64,000 nucleotides of DNA. It comes from Massalongia carnosa (Eukaryota). The position numbers and the translations under genes are program-made. Each line of letters opens with the position of its first letter. Within the stretch, counting starts at the first letter, position 1. The stretch spans positions 186,001 through 250,000 of the forward strand of contig OZ287088.1 in NCBI GenBank assembly GCA_965645245.1. The letters are read 5' to 3'. Shown here in pieces: positions 12,371-24,900 of this stretch. The notes beneath the pieces were generated by a model. It was not told where the DNA came from. It saw nothing but the letters and a program-made list of their open reading frames with translations, and did no database searches.

Positions 12371-13632
12371 AAATGCACGACAGTCCCGTAGCCGGACATC
12401 CAGGAAGAGCAAAAACCTTCGATCTAGTTCAGCGACATTACTATTGGCCTCAGTTCTATCAGTTCATAGCGAAGTATGTGAAACATTGTCAGGTGTGCTC
12501 TCGAAGCAAATCTTCTCGTCAAGGAAAGATGGGAGTGCTTCGACCATTACCCGTACCTGAGCAACGCTGGTAGGACATCTCCATGGACTTTGTTACTGGT
12601 CTCCCTGTTAGTCAAGGATTCGACGCTGTACTAGTTGTTGTGGATCGTCTGTCAAAGCGACGTCACTTCCTGCCTTGCCATACTACTCTAGACGTTGAGG
12701 GCCTCGCGAGGCTGTTTCTAAAGGAGATTAGGAGGCTACATGGATTGCCTTAGACCATTGTATCCGATCGTGGAGTGCTTTTCGTCGCAGAATTTTGAAA
12801 AATCTTATGTCAACGTCTGGGAATAAAGAGTCTCTTTTCCACTGCATTTCACCCCGAAACCGACGGGCAGACTGAAAGAGTAAATTCTTCAATGGAGCAG
12901 TACATCCGTATGTATACCGACTACTTGCAGGACGACTGGGTAGACTGGTTACCGCTGGCAGAATTTACGGGAAACAACATGACCTCGGAAACCACTGGGT
13001 GTAGCCCCTTCTTCGCGGAGACGGGATTTCATCCTCGAATGGGATTTGAATCAATAGAACCTTCCCGGTCGCCCGCCAGTCTGAATGCAGAAGGTTTTGC
13101 CAACAAGATGCAGCAAATCAATGACGTACTGCAGGAAGAGATGAAGTTTGCTCAGGCAAGGTACGAGTTCAATGCTAATAGACACAGAGTCCCTGCCCCG
13201 GTTTATCAAGTAGGAGATAGGATATGGCTAAATGCTAAGAACATACGCACTCAGAGTCCTGCCCGAAAGTTCGATTGGAAGAATCTGGGTTCATTTGTCA
13301 TCTCCAAGGTCGTCAGCAAATACGCATACCAGCTAGCCCTGCCACCAGGCATGAAGATTCATCCAGTGTTCCATGTTTCGCTCTTGACTCCTGTGCCACA
13401 AGATCCTCACCCTGGTCATATCGCTCCCCCTCCACCACCCGTGCTAGTTGATGAAACTGAAGAATACGAAGTCGAAGAGATTTTAGACTCGAAGAAGATA
13501 CGCAATCGTCTGAAGTATCTGGTCCAGTGGATAGGCTGGAACGACCCTACCTGGGAGTACGCGGAGTACGTCACCAACGCTCTCGAACGAGTACAGGAAT
13601 TCCATAAACGCTACCCTGACAAGCCTCGCTGA
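12371..13632 (+). pseudogene. Ty3/Gypsy (chromovirus) integrase-chromodomain fragment
   Basis: HDSPVAGHPG..C..C zinc finger, HPETDGQTE core, IHPVFHVSLL and chromodomain EEYEVEEILD..YLVQWIGW; several in-frame stops. Confidence 0.9.
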
Positions 13633-14042
13633 TTCACACCGACTAGGCACTATAAGCCTGCGTACATACGGCTGCCCTAGATGGACTTTAAGGTTTAGCG
13701 CCGGCGGATGATCGTTGTGGTTAGACTGCGAGCTTACCGAGTTCGGTTTAGTGTTCCTTTTCAGGAGTTAAAGGAAATCTCTGCTAGCTGTTACTGTTTT
13801 CCTCCTTGTGTTCGTTTCGTCAGATTATCATGTAGTATAGTCGATAGCGTAATACTGTTCCACCACATGGATAAGATCATTGGACTCCTACCGTGACAGG
13901 GAATATAACTGACAGCACAGGGAGCGATCATGTGACTTCCGGCAATGGTGTTCGGTAGCACTGACCCTCGCGTACAATTGTCATCTGGCAATCTGGTAGA
14001 GGTCCACTCCACCCCTCCACAACTTCTAAACTATAAAGCATC

Positions 14043-14175
14043 TGTTGAATGTTCAACTTCTACCAGCATTGCCTAGCCGATAGATTAGATAATGTCAGAT
14101 CTAATCTAAGCGTATAGAGGCTCGGATAAACTATTATCATCTCGCTTAGCAGAGGTGACCAACATAAAACGAACA
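14043..14175. mobile_element. Short LTR-like sequence at the Gypsy breakpoint
   Basis: tgttgaa...cgaaca termini; the flanks (gcatc/ctctg) do not form a TSD. Confidence 0.4.
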
Positions 14176-14856
14176 CTCTGCAAAGTCTCATTCTCAGTGC
14201 ATGCGAGTCTGGAACATACAACTTTTCTCGATAGTGTAGTCGTCCCTGAAGTTCTTTGCATTCTGCCAAAGAGATTTCCTTAGAATGACTGACCTTATTC
14301 CGCAGGAGTTCGAGAATCTTGCTCGGAAAAGGATCATTCTCCAGACCCTCTTTCCAGAGTTCTTCCAGAGTCTTTTCGACTTCCTCTCGCTCGGTTTGAC
14401 GATCGTCTGCTTGGCTAGGAATCTTTAAATCATTGCTCAGAAGTTCTAAATTTCGAGGTTTCAAGACCACTTGATGCTGAACTTTCAATCGTGGATTATC
14501 CTCCCCTTCAGGTAGGTCTTGAGACCTTCTGGTCAATGCATCAGGTTTTCCTCCGCTCTTGCCTGGACGATACACTATCTTGAAGTCGAAACGAGAAAGA
14601 TATTCCGACCAACGGGCCTGGCGACGACTCAACTGCTTGGTTGTCATGAAGTACTCTAAGTTCTTATGATCAGAAATTACTTGTATGGGAAAAGCAGCTC
14701 CTTCAAGCTCGGCTCTCCATTCTTCAAAAGCACGAACAATGGCCATGAGTTCCTTGTCATAGATTTCGTAGTTAATCTCCGCTGGTGAGTGTTTTTTGGA
14801 GAAGAAGACCACCGGCCTAAGCGTTCCCTCGTCGTCATATTGCGAGAGTACTCCTC
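14176..14856 (-). pseudogene. Ty3/Gypsy RNase H-linker fragment
   Basis: [40 protein letters not shown]; cut at 14857 by a Copia LTR. Confidence 0.9.
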
Positions 14857-15001
14857 TATCAAGCTGTATGGGCTAATGTGGAATACGGGTGAAAAGGAGT
14901 GGTGTGTATTGATATATGGGAGGTCTAGGCTAGCTAACTGAGGGATATATCTAATAGGGGTTCGTGGGTCATGTGACCCATGGCGGGTCATGTGACCCCT
15001 A

Positions 15002-16819
15002 ACGTCTTAGCCACCCATTCGGGTCAGCCACCCAATCGGGTCACCCCACCAAATCTAGTAACCAAAAAAAATTATTTCCTCCCCATCCACCACCACTATT
15101 CATTTATCTATTATTTGTATATAAAATGTTTGTAAATATACCCGTACATGATCCTGCAACTAGATTACAGTTGGCTATCGAAGAATTAGCCAAAAATCCG
15201 GGCGTTTCGCAGCGGGAAATAGCGCGCCTTTACGGAGTTCCTCAGTCGACTTTACAAGCCCGGCTCAAAGGCAGACGGACCGCAGAGCATTATCATCAAG
15301 CCATTCAAAGGCTAAATGTACAAGAAGAACAGGCTTTGATTGATTGGATAGAGCGGATGACTGCATGGGGTTGGCCACCTCGCATTCAACACTTGGAAGG
15401 CATGGCTAAAAGTCTTTTGGAGGCCAAAGGGGACAAGAATTCGTTGGGTCAGCATTGGTACAAAAATTTCTTAAACAGGCATCTTGAATTCAAAACCAAA
15501 TACACTAGAAACTTGGATCAATCCAGAAAGGATGCTGGCAGTTCTGAAACTCTGAAAGATTGGTTCGAATTGTACGAGACCATCCGAGCAAAATATGGAG
15601 TCGCAGATGAAGATATTTACAACATGGATGAGAAAGGCTTTGCCATGGGCATTGGGGACAGTTCTAAGGTGATAATCAACAGAAAAACAACACCATTCAA
15701 TGTGCATTCAGGAAATAGAGATTGGGTTTCCTTAATTGAATGCATATCCTCTCGCGGAACAGTTCTTCCCGCTTATATTATTTTTCCAGGTGTCGAATGC
15801 CAGCCCGCCTGGTTTGCAGTCATGAAGGATAAAAAGGACACCGTCAGAGTCAGTCCTAATGGCTGGACGGATGCGGAAATAGGTTTACATTGGTTGCAAA
15901 AGGTCTTCGATAAGCATACGAAATCTGTACGGGGTAAATATAGGATGTTGATCGTTGATGGCCATGAAAGTCACATCTCCATACCCTTCCAGGAGTTTTG
16001 TGCCAAAGAGAGGATTATACCCCTTTGTTTGCCACCTCATTCTACTCATTTATTGCAGCCTTTGGATGTCGGTATTTTTGGCCCTTTATCTAAGGCCTAT
16101 AAACGATTGGTTTCCAGCCAATCACGTTACGGGGCTGTGACTGTTTCTAAACTGGATTTCCTACGCTTTATTCAGGTGGCTATAAAACAGGCCATAACGA
16201 CTATCAACATCATGAGTGCATGGCGGGGGGCAGGCCTTATTCCCTTTAGTCCAGGGCATGTTTTAGGCAAACTGCCTAGGTCTACTACACCTCCTACCCG
16301 TTCAGAAACCCTCACCGACGCCCCCAAAACGGTCCAGCGGATTCAGGAGGCCAGCGATGCTCTTATATCCCGTATGACTCCATCTTCTCGCGCGCATGTT
16401 GAATTGCTTAAAACAACTGCGTTGAATGCCGTCGCTGATAGGGTTATTCTGAAACACACCAATCAAGAACTGCTTGCTAAACAGGCTCAACGACGTCAAA
16501 AAGCATCCAGAAAAGGGGGTGTTAAAGCGAGGATGTTGACTGTGGGCGAGGGACAGGCGATGCGGAGGAAAAACAGAGAAAGGAAGAAGCATTGGCCAAA
16601 CAAAAGGAACGATACCATGCTTTAAATAGTAAAGTGAAGTTCGCAAAAGCAGTTTGGAAGGAAATGCAGATGGATAGTGATGTTTTTAGTTAGTTTTGGG
16701 GGTGGTGGAAGTAATGTGGTGATGATTTTTGGAATTTTTGTTGGTGATGATGTGTAGTCAGAAATTTTTTGGTGGGGTGACCCGATTGGGTGGCTGACCC
16801 GAGTGGGTGGCTAAGACGT
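15002..16819 (+). mobile_element. pogo/Fot1-like DNA transposon inserted in the Copia 3' LTR
   Basis: ~46-bp TIR acgtcttagccaccca...gggtcacccc with a TA duplication at 15000-15001 and 16820-16821. Confidence 0.95.
15126..16625 (+). CDS. pogo/Fot1-type DDE transposase (499 aa)
   Basis: HTH-psq (YGVPQSTLQARL), CENP-B-like HTH, NMDEKGF, LIVDGHESH and LQPLDVG motifs. The extreme C-terminus may be frameshifted. Confidence 0.92.
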   Translation: MFVNIPVHDPATRLQLAIEELAKNPGVSQREIARLYGVPQSTLQARLKGRRTAEHYHQAIQRLNVQEEQALIDWIERMTAWGWPPRIQHLEGMAKSLLEAKGDKNSLGQHWYKNFLNRHLEFKTKYTRNLDQSRKDAGSSETLKDWFELYETIRAKYGVADEDIYNMDEKGFAMGIGDSSKVIINRKTTPFNVHSGNRDWVSLIECISSRGTVLPAYIIFPGVECQPAWFAVMKDKKDTVRVSPNGWTDAEIGLHWLQKVFDKHTKSVRGKYRMLIVDGHESHISIPFQEFCAKERIIPLCLPPHSTHLLQPLDVGIFGPLSKAYKRLVSSQSRYGAVTVSKLDFLRFIQVAIKQAITTINIMSAWRGAGLIPFSPGHVLGKLPRSTTPPTRSETLTDAPKTVQRIQEASDALISRMTPSSRAHVELLKTTALNAVADRVILKHTNQELLAKQAQRRQKASRKGGVKARMLTVGEGQAMRRKNRERKKHWPNKRNDTML

Positions 16820-19800
16820 TAATCGCCTGACACACCCCCCCAGCTTTGACCAAAGCTGCCATGACCGAAAAACCATATTAGGTGAAAAATTCCCATGTTT
16901 TACCTTGATTTCTAGTGATTTTGGCCGATTCAATTTGTGGCCGTATTTCCCTTCTTCTGATTCGCCAATTTCTTCTGATTGTTGACCAGGTCCATGGCAT
17001 TGACTAGCCCTAATAGCTTGACGAAATGTTGATGCTTTTGAGGAGGTAGGATCTTGGTTAAACCATCTGCGACCATCTGATTGGTCGGCACATAGTCAAC
17101 ACATAATCCCCCCCTTTGCACAGATTGCCTAAGCCAGCATTGGGCGACGTCTATATGCCTCAATTTAGTGTCAGTTTTTCCCATTTCGGAGGTTAAAATG
17201 CGAATTGTCTGTAGGTTGTCGTTATAGATGACTATATCTTGATCCGGGTTAAATTGTAGCTTTTCAAATAGATGTATCCACCATATGAGCTCTTTACCCG
17301 CATGAAGCATAGACAATAACTCGGCCTCAGTGGTTGACGTGGTCACGGTCAGTTGCTTCCTAGCGGCCCAGTCAATCATCCCACCAAAGAGCTTAAATGT
17401 ATAGCCCTCGGAGCTTTTCCTATCTGGGTTATTTGCATAGGATGCATCAGCCGTTGCCTCAAAAACCTGCTTATTAGCCGGGACCGGTCCATGATTTGCC
17501 ATAGTAGTGATTTCACCGCCCCCTTTGGCCGAGTACTGGATTCCCAGATATTTCTTCCCATATAGATAACGTAGGCAATGGTCTGCAGCCCTCATATGAC
17601 TAGGTCCCGGGTTGGTCAGATATTCAGCTAATTTTGAAGCTGATTTTGCTATATCTGGCCGAGTCATAATAGCTGGGTAGCATATTGATCCAACTTTCTT
17701 CCTATATAGATGAATTCTGGCCGGATCCACCTCCCCCTCATATGGCGCCAGTTCTTCATTGAATATGGGCGTTAGAGGTGTTTTAGCCTCCGACTTTTCA
17801 TCTATGTCATATTCCTTGGCTAATTTGTTCATATAGGAGTCCTGAATCAAGTGGATCGTCTTTTCTTTATGTTATGAATGACCCGTACGCCTACAAAATA
17901 TGTTAATGGACCTATATCCCGTATTTCGATCATCTTCATGAAACGTTGCACATATTCCTCGACTTCGGCTTCTTTTTCGGGCCGATACGCCATTACTATG
18001 TCGTCCACATAGAAGAATAGTATGATTCCCTCCGTATAGAATAGGCATGGTTCGCCTGTCACCTGTTTTAACCCTAGTTCTATGCATTTGCCTATTAGCA
18101 TTCGTAGCCATAGAAGGGGTGATTTTCTTTGGCCATATAGCGCTTTTTTCACTTATAGCACCTTCTTTCTAAGCTTTAAACCATCAGGCAAAAAGCAGTA
18201 AATAGGCTCGTCATTGTGAGCGTTTAGAAAGGCGTTAATAGCGTCCAACTGCCTCGTTTTCAGCCCGAATGCAGCAACTAATGCCATTAATGCCCTAAAC
18301 ACCTTGAAGGCTAGTGTAGCTGCATAAACATCTTGAGCATTATCTTGCTGCAGCTCACCTCTAACCACTAGACGTGCTTTGAACTTTGCCAAATAGCCGT
18401 CCGAATCAGGCTTATAGGTGAAAACCCATTTAAGGAGCAATATTGGCTGTATAGCCTCATCTTGATCAACTATTTCCCATGTTTCTTTGTGGAAAAGTGC
18501 CTCCCATTCAACGTTAGCTGCTTTCATGAACTCATCTGCATAGGGATGCCTTAGCAGAGCTCGCCAATGAGATGGGGGGTCGGGCAAATCATCAGTTCGG
18601 AGCTGATTAGTCATTCTCGCCGTCCCCGCCATAAACGCTGTATGAAATTGAGGGAATTTCGACATTTCTTCTGCTGACCAAGCTCCATTTGCAGCGTATC
18701 TAGGGTTTGGTTTCCTAGTACGTTTTCACTCTATAATGTTTGCCTCATTTATCCCATCGCTCCTTTTTCCTGATGATTGCTCTATTTCCGTCACATTGAG
18801 GGGCGTTCGGCCCGTTTGCGGGAGTTGTGGAGGGTCAATTGTTGATGCCCTCACCTTTTTGGCCCTTCTTTTATCTATGGAGACATTAGGGCTGATATCT
18901 GGTTCAGTTGTTTCTATCGGCGTTTCCAGTTGCATGGGCGTTGATGAGGGAGTTATTTTCTACTGTATTTCGTCCTGACTAGGTGAGTTATCTTCTATGG
19001 TCAATTGCTCTACACGCTTATTGACTGATAAGTCTAGCCATTCTTCTTCCTCACTATCTATCTCCTGAAATGCGGGGCGTGGTTCAACTACATGAAACTC
19101 TAAAAAGCTCGCTTTTTCAGTCTCCTTTAGCAATAGCTCCTTATTCGACGTATAGGCGCTATAAAGCTCATCTTCGTTGAATATGACGTCTCTATAACCG
19201 CTGACATCTCCCTTTTCTGGATTCCATATCCTGAAGATATTGGTTGAATCATAGCCAACCAAATAGCCAACTAATGCCCTAGGTTTCAACTTATTGCTTT
19301 TGGGAGGAGCATCGGCCCCTTTTAGCAATGGATACGCCTTGCAACCAAACACTTTTAGATGAGCCAGCTCGTATCTGACTGATTGACCCGGATTGGTCAG
19401 TTTCTGCAATTTGACCAATGGGGAGTCCCATTCTAGAGCTTTATTGGGGGTTCGATTCATCAGATGGGCTGCAGCTAAATAGCACTCCGAATACAGGTCT
19501 TCTGGCATTTTTGCATATTCCCTGATGCATCGAGCTTTTTCAGTTAATAGGGCTCCGAAACGCTCCGAAACGCCATTTTGCTCAGGTATTCTTTGCTGAC
19601 CATGACCATTCTATGCCTTGCTGACTGATCCATGCTTCTAGGGCTTTTCCTATTGATGTTTCTTGCCCCGTGCGAATCGTGGTTACCATTAAATTAATGA
19701 AAATGCCAGCTCTATCGCATTGATTGATCAAGCTTTTGAAGATGGGCAATAGGGTCTTTTCCTTATGATCATTCAATGGATAAACCCATACATATGAGGT

Positions 19801-21984
19801 AAATTCGTCCATAAAATGAGCTATACAGCTCGTTCCATCGAACCCCTTATCATTGATGGTTAGGTCAAAATGAAGCACCTGATATGGCTTAATGGCACGC
19901 CCTGACGGAGCTTTATTGATGACTCTATGCATTTTGGAGACTGAGTTAGCAAACCCTATATCTATGGATTCAGGGTTATATTCTATGATTGAGAGCCCAT
20001 AGTGCTCCTTTATTTCACATATTTGTTGCCCTGTCTCCTTAACTATAAGGGTATCAGTGAACATATCCCAGAAAAAGCCTCGTTATTTCAACTTATTGGC
20101 CGAAACCAACGTCACTGATGAATCAGGAATATAAGCTGTTCCTTCGAATAATAGCTCCCTTTTCTAGCCATTCAATAGGCCATTTACTCTCATTGTGCCA
20201 TGACCATGGATTTTCATCTCCCCGTCCGGGGTGTCCTCCCACATGTCTGACGAAGTGGGGGTTATTTCTCCTATAAACCATGATTTATCATAGGGCAGAG
20301 GGTTATCGCATCCAGAGTCAAATATGACGCTTTTATGCAAGGGGTTATTCGCCCTAGATGTAACGTTCGCAAACGAGATGGATTGACCAGGCAATTCAAT
20401 GTGATTGCCCTGATTATGTTGATCATTCTCTGCTTTTTGGGAGCTCTTTTTGACTGACTCCTCAGTTATTCCGTCTAGTATGTTGGTGTCGGTGACCTTC
20501 TTAATGGCCATGAAAAACCGAATGTTTGACTGAATTTTCTGACGCATTTCATTGCGTACGGTTTTATCTTCCTTCCATGCAGGGGGGCGAGCTGATTTGA
20601 CGATATATGGGCATAGCCTAAACAGGTGTATTTTCCCACATACGCACTTTCTATCCTTGAATCTGGCCTCTTTTGATTGGCCATTCCATTGACTTGATTG
20701 GCTAGGCCCCGGACCTTTATTTTCGTCTTGCATTTGCCCCTGCAGCGAGGCTGCAATAGCTTGATTTCAAGACGTTGATTTTGCCTCATGCAGGAATGAT
20801 TCCACGGCTAAACGATATTCCCTGGTTGTCTCGTAAAATTCAACCGTCGTCTTAGCAGCCCTATGCTGCATTACCCAGTTTTCACAGAAATTGGGCGCCC
20901 ATTTCTTCCCTGATTGGAAAAATTCATTGATGAATATGGTCTCGGAGCCAAATAGGCCCGTTACATTGAGCTCAACAATTTGTCCCTTAATATTCTCCCA
21001 ATCAGCTACCCATGCCTCTATTTTACCTTTAATGGGCGGGGTTTTTAGGGCTAGAAATTGCTCATGCAATTGCTCTATGACTTGGTTATCTGACCGCTTA
21101 TATCTTGCAGCCAGAAATTTAACTATTTCCCTAACCGATGAAGCCATCTTATTGGGGGGGATGTATGCTCGTGCGGAGCTCTTTAGTGCATTTTCCACTT
21201 TTCTGGGTCCTTGGGCGACCTTCTCCACCTGTTTTTCCTTCATCTTATAGGCTGATATCTCCATTTTATAGTCCTCCTTTTGCTCAGCCGATAAATCGCC
21301 GTATTTCTCAGCCGATTTCGTGGCTATTACAACTCCACCATCTATAATGGGGTAAGCAATTCCACCTGCTGGCTGTGCTTGAATAGGGACTTGATATTGT
21401 GAAGCTTCCGGATATTCTCCCTCTTCGGGCTCCGGTTTTGAACCATTGGGGTCCACATATTGCCATGCCTTCGCTTTCTCGGATATTCCTTGTAATTCCC
21501 TAATCCATAGATGATAAGTCTTGGGAGTTAGGGCGATCATCGTTGCTTTGTTGGTCTCCTCCATTTTGATCGTTTTGTTGGATCGTTTTGGGAAGAGGGT
21601 TTTATTCAACTAGATCAATGAGTAGGAATTTGAAGCTTCTATGCTCACCGGGCTCATAACTATCAAGCTGTATGGGCTAATGTGGAATATGGATGAAAAG
21701 GAGTGGTGTGTATTGATATATGGGAGGTCTAGGCTAGCTAACTGAGGGATATTGTCAACCTTTCTGACCAATCACATGGATTCAGGAAGGATGAAAAGAC
21801 TGTATTCTGTATGTGGGAAATGCCCACATCTAGCTACCTATTTAGAAGGGAAAAGGGGTCATGGCGGCAACGATATCAACCCCGGCAAATTGAGGGGTAA
21901 AGGTGGGAAAGAAATGGCGTAGTCTTAGCGGCATCTGCCGCGACAGGGGGTCGAGGATCGGCGATGAGAATCGACCGTATTCAG

Positions 21985-24900
21985 GGTAGGCTAAGTCAGG
22001 CCTAGTGCCTAGCATAGCATACATGAGAGAGCCCACCGCTGATTGGTAGCGGAGGCGAGAGTCATCTGTGGCCTGATGGCCCTCTGGTGCAGCCTCCAGT
22101 CGCCCATCCATCGGGGTAGCCATGGGGTTAATGTCCCACATGCCATGGTCGCGTAGTACTTTTTCCAGATAGACCTGCTGACCAAGGCGAAGAATCCTAT
22201 TAGCCCGATCCCGAATTATCGTCATGCCCAGGTAGTAATTGAAAGGGCCTAAATCAACCATCGATAACTCGTCGCTCAGCAGTTTCTTGACACGTTGTAT
22301 CTCGGAAGAAGAAGAGCCAGTGATGATTAAATCATCGACGTAAATGGCTACGATAACCCCTTCTTTAACGAAAACGCTAAGGTCGGCGTTTACTGGAACG
22401 AATTCATGAGACTTGAAAAAAGTAGTGATCGTTTCATACCAGATTCTAGAAGACTGTTTCAGGCCATAAAGAGCTTTCTTCAACTTGCAAAGTCTCGTTG
22501 ACCCGTCATCCAAACCGGTTGGTTGCTCCACGTAGATTTCCTCGTCCACCCTTCCGTACAAGAAGGCTGTTTTTACGTCCATTTGGTGAATTTCCCAATC
22601 ATTGGCTGCAGCGATAGCGAAGATAGCTTTATAGCTCATTGGCTTCACTACTGAAGCAAAAGTCTCATTGTAGTCAATGCCTTCACGTTGCTCAAAGCCT
22701 CTGACTACCCATCGAGCCTTGTAACGAAGAATCTCGCCAGCCGGGCCTCGTTTGGTTTTATAAACCCATTTGCCTCGCAGGGCTTTGCGGTCCGGTGGCA
22801 GGGAGGTGAGGATCCAGGTATCATTTTCGTTGATAGACTCAATTTCTTCCTGCATTGCCCTTCGCCAATCCTTTTCCTCCCGAATATCTACGGCCTGTTT
22901 ATAGGTTTTAGGCTCGTATGGCTCCGGGTCATTGGCTCGAGCAAGAAGAGCCAAAAGAGCTAGCGGGTCAGGCGAGGGGGCACGAAGTTTTGGGTGCTTA
23001 GAGAGAATATCTGCCTGGGACCGAGGCTCAATGGGCAGTTGGTTTGCCAATGCCTCTTGTCCAGCGTTTGATGGGAGAGGTCCAGTGGGAATTAATTCTA
23101 TGGATTCATGAGCGTCGACTAAGTCCGTATGAGGGGAGTCCGTATGATAGGTAATTTTTTGCTTTCTTGTGGGCGGTCCTGACTGTCCAACATGTAGGGC
23201 TCTTTTAGTTTGAGAGAATGATAAGGAAGGAGGAGTTGGGGGGTTGTTATCTATCCACTGAACATTGGAATAACGCATGACCGCGCCCCGTGGATTTATC
23301 ATTCGATAGATGTGATCGCCTTCGTATCCTACTAAAGTACATTTGCTGGCTCGTTCCTGAAATTTCTTCCATCCGGTGGAGGGCTTGCGATTTTGCGCAT
23401 AGCCAGTCTGTCCTATTATCCTTAGATGTCCTAGTTCTGGTGGGCTGCCGGTGTGAGACTCGTAGGGGTGATGGAGCGTCCCGCAGTTGGTTGTCGATTT
23501 CTTAGGTAGTTGGCAGTGAGAACCATTTCAGCCCAATATTTGATGTCGAGATTAGCGCCTTCTCGCATGGTGCTGGCTAACTTGTGAAGCGTTTGACCTA
23601 GGCGCTCGGCTGCCCCGTTCATGGGTGGATTTCCCGGTACGGTAGGTTCCCACTGAATGCCATGCTCGTTTCTGAAACCCTCGAAGTCTTTGGAGTCATA
23701 CTCACCCCCACAGTCCGATCGCAAGCGTTTAATTCGTTTGTCCCCATATTCATCTTGCTTCTTGTAGTTTTTAAAGGCTTGAAGGACTCCGCTTTTGACG
23801 CGCAGTAAGGTGACGTGGGACCGTTTATCGAAATCGCAAAGAAAGGTCAGCATATATTTGGCGCCATTCAAGGCTTCTGGGAAAGGTCCTTGGACATCGC
23901 TGGGAATTAAGTCTAGCGGGTGCTTGCCTGGTTGGATGGGGGCCCGGTGTGGTTCTACTTGGGACTGAGCGATGGCGCACGGAGGACAGGTGTCTTGGGG
24001 CGGGGGCTTGGTGAGGTCCATTCCTTTTGACATTCCAGCGAGCTTGAGAATGTTTTGATTTCCAAGATGGCCTAAACGAGCGTGCCACATTTTTATCGCC
24101 TCGCTATTAATTGCAGCGAGACTGAGAGCGGCTTCAGAGACGTTCCACATATTCAGGATATACAGATTGTTGTCCTGGCGGCGAGCGATGATACCATAGT
24201 TCCCGATTTCAATTCCCTCTGGTACAATCTTCAGGGGACATCCATCTCGTTGTAATTGTCCTTGGGAGATGAGATTTAGGCCTCCGTCCGGAACGTATAG
24301 CACATCGAAAAGAGGGAACTCCCGAAGACCCTCGTTACCGGCACACCGCAACATGACGTTACCTATTCCTTTGGGAATTAATACTCCTCCAATACCTTGA
24401 ATTGGAGGGCAATCGGATGTCTTGAATGAGGTGAAGATGGAGCGATCGTGGGTAATATGTTGGCTAGTTCCAGAGTCACAGATCCAGAGCTTAGATATTT
24501 TGGTTATATCCGCGGTGGCCATGTAGGCGCAGAAGGCACCTTTGGTTGAGTCATTGTTCCGGTTGGCTTTTGACTTTGACCTTGACTTTTGGAATTCCTA
24601 CGACGCTTATTGGACTTACGCTGTGAGTCTTGGTTAACGAGGTGTGGATATTTTTCACGACACTCGCTCTCTACGTGATAGTCTTTTCGGCAGTGGTTGC
24701 AGAACTTGATTGTTTTGGTGATGATTCGAGAATGGGCTGTTCCGGGTTGAGCTCCTGCTTGGGTTTGAGCGTTTGAACCAGCTGCTATTGCGATTACGGC
24801 CTTATCGCTGGACTTGCTTGGGTTGGTCACCGTGTTTTGGAAATGCTGCATAGCCTGACTTAACGTGTGCTTGGGTTCACGCATTTCATTGAAAGGATCA

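Larger units (their letters stand above)
14857..21752 (-). mobile_element. Ty1/Copia retrotransposon 1 (degenerate)
   Basis: Matching LTR sequence at 14857 and 21661 (tatcaagctgtatggg). PBS-like gttatgagccc follows the 5' LTR and a G-rich PPT precedes the 3' LTR. Gene order is gag (20767-21609), protease (FDSGC), integrase, RT (FYVDD), RNase H (ADASYA, EAE, DN). The 3' LTR is split by a pogo and the 5' LTR is truncated at 21753. Confidence 0.9.
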
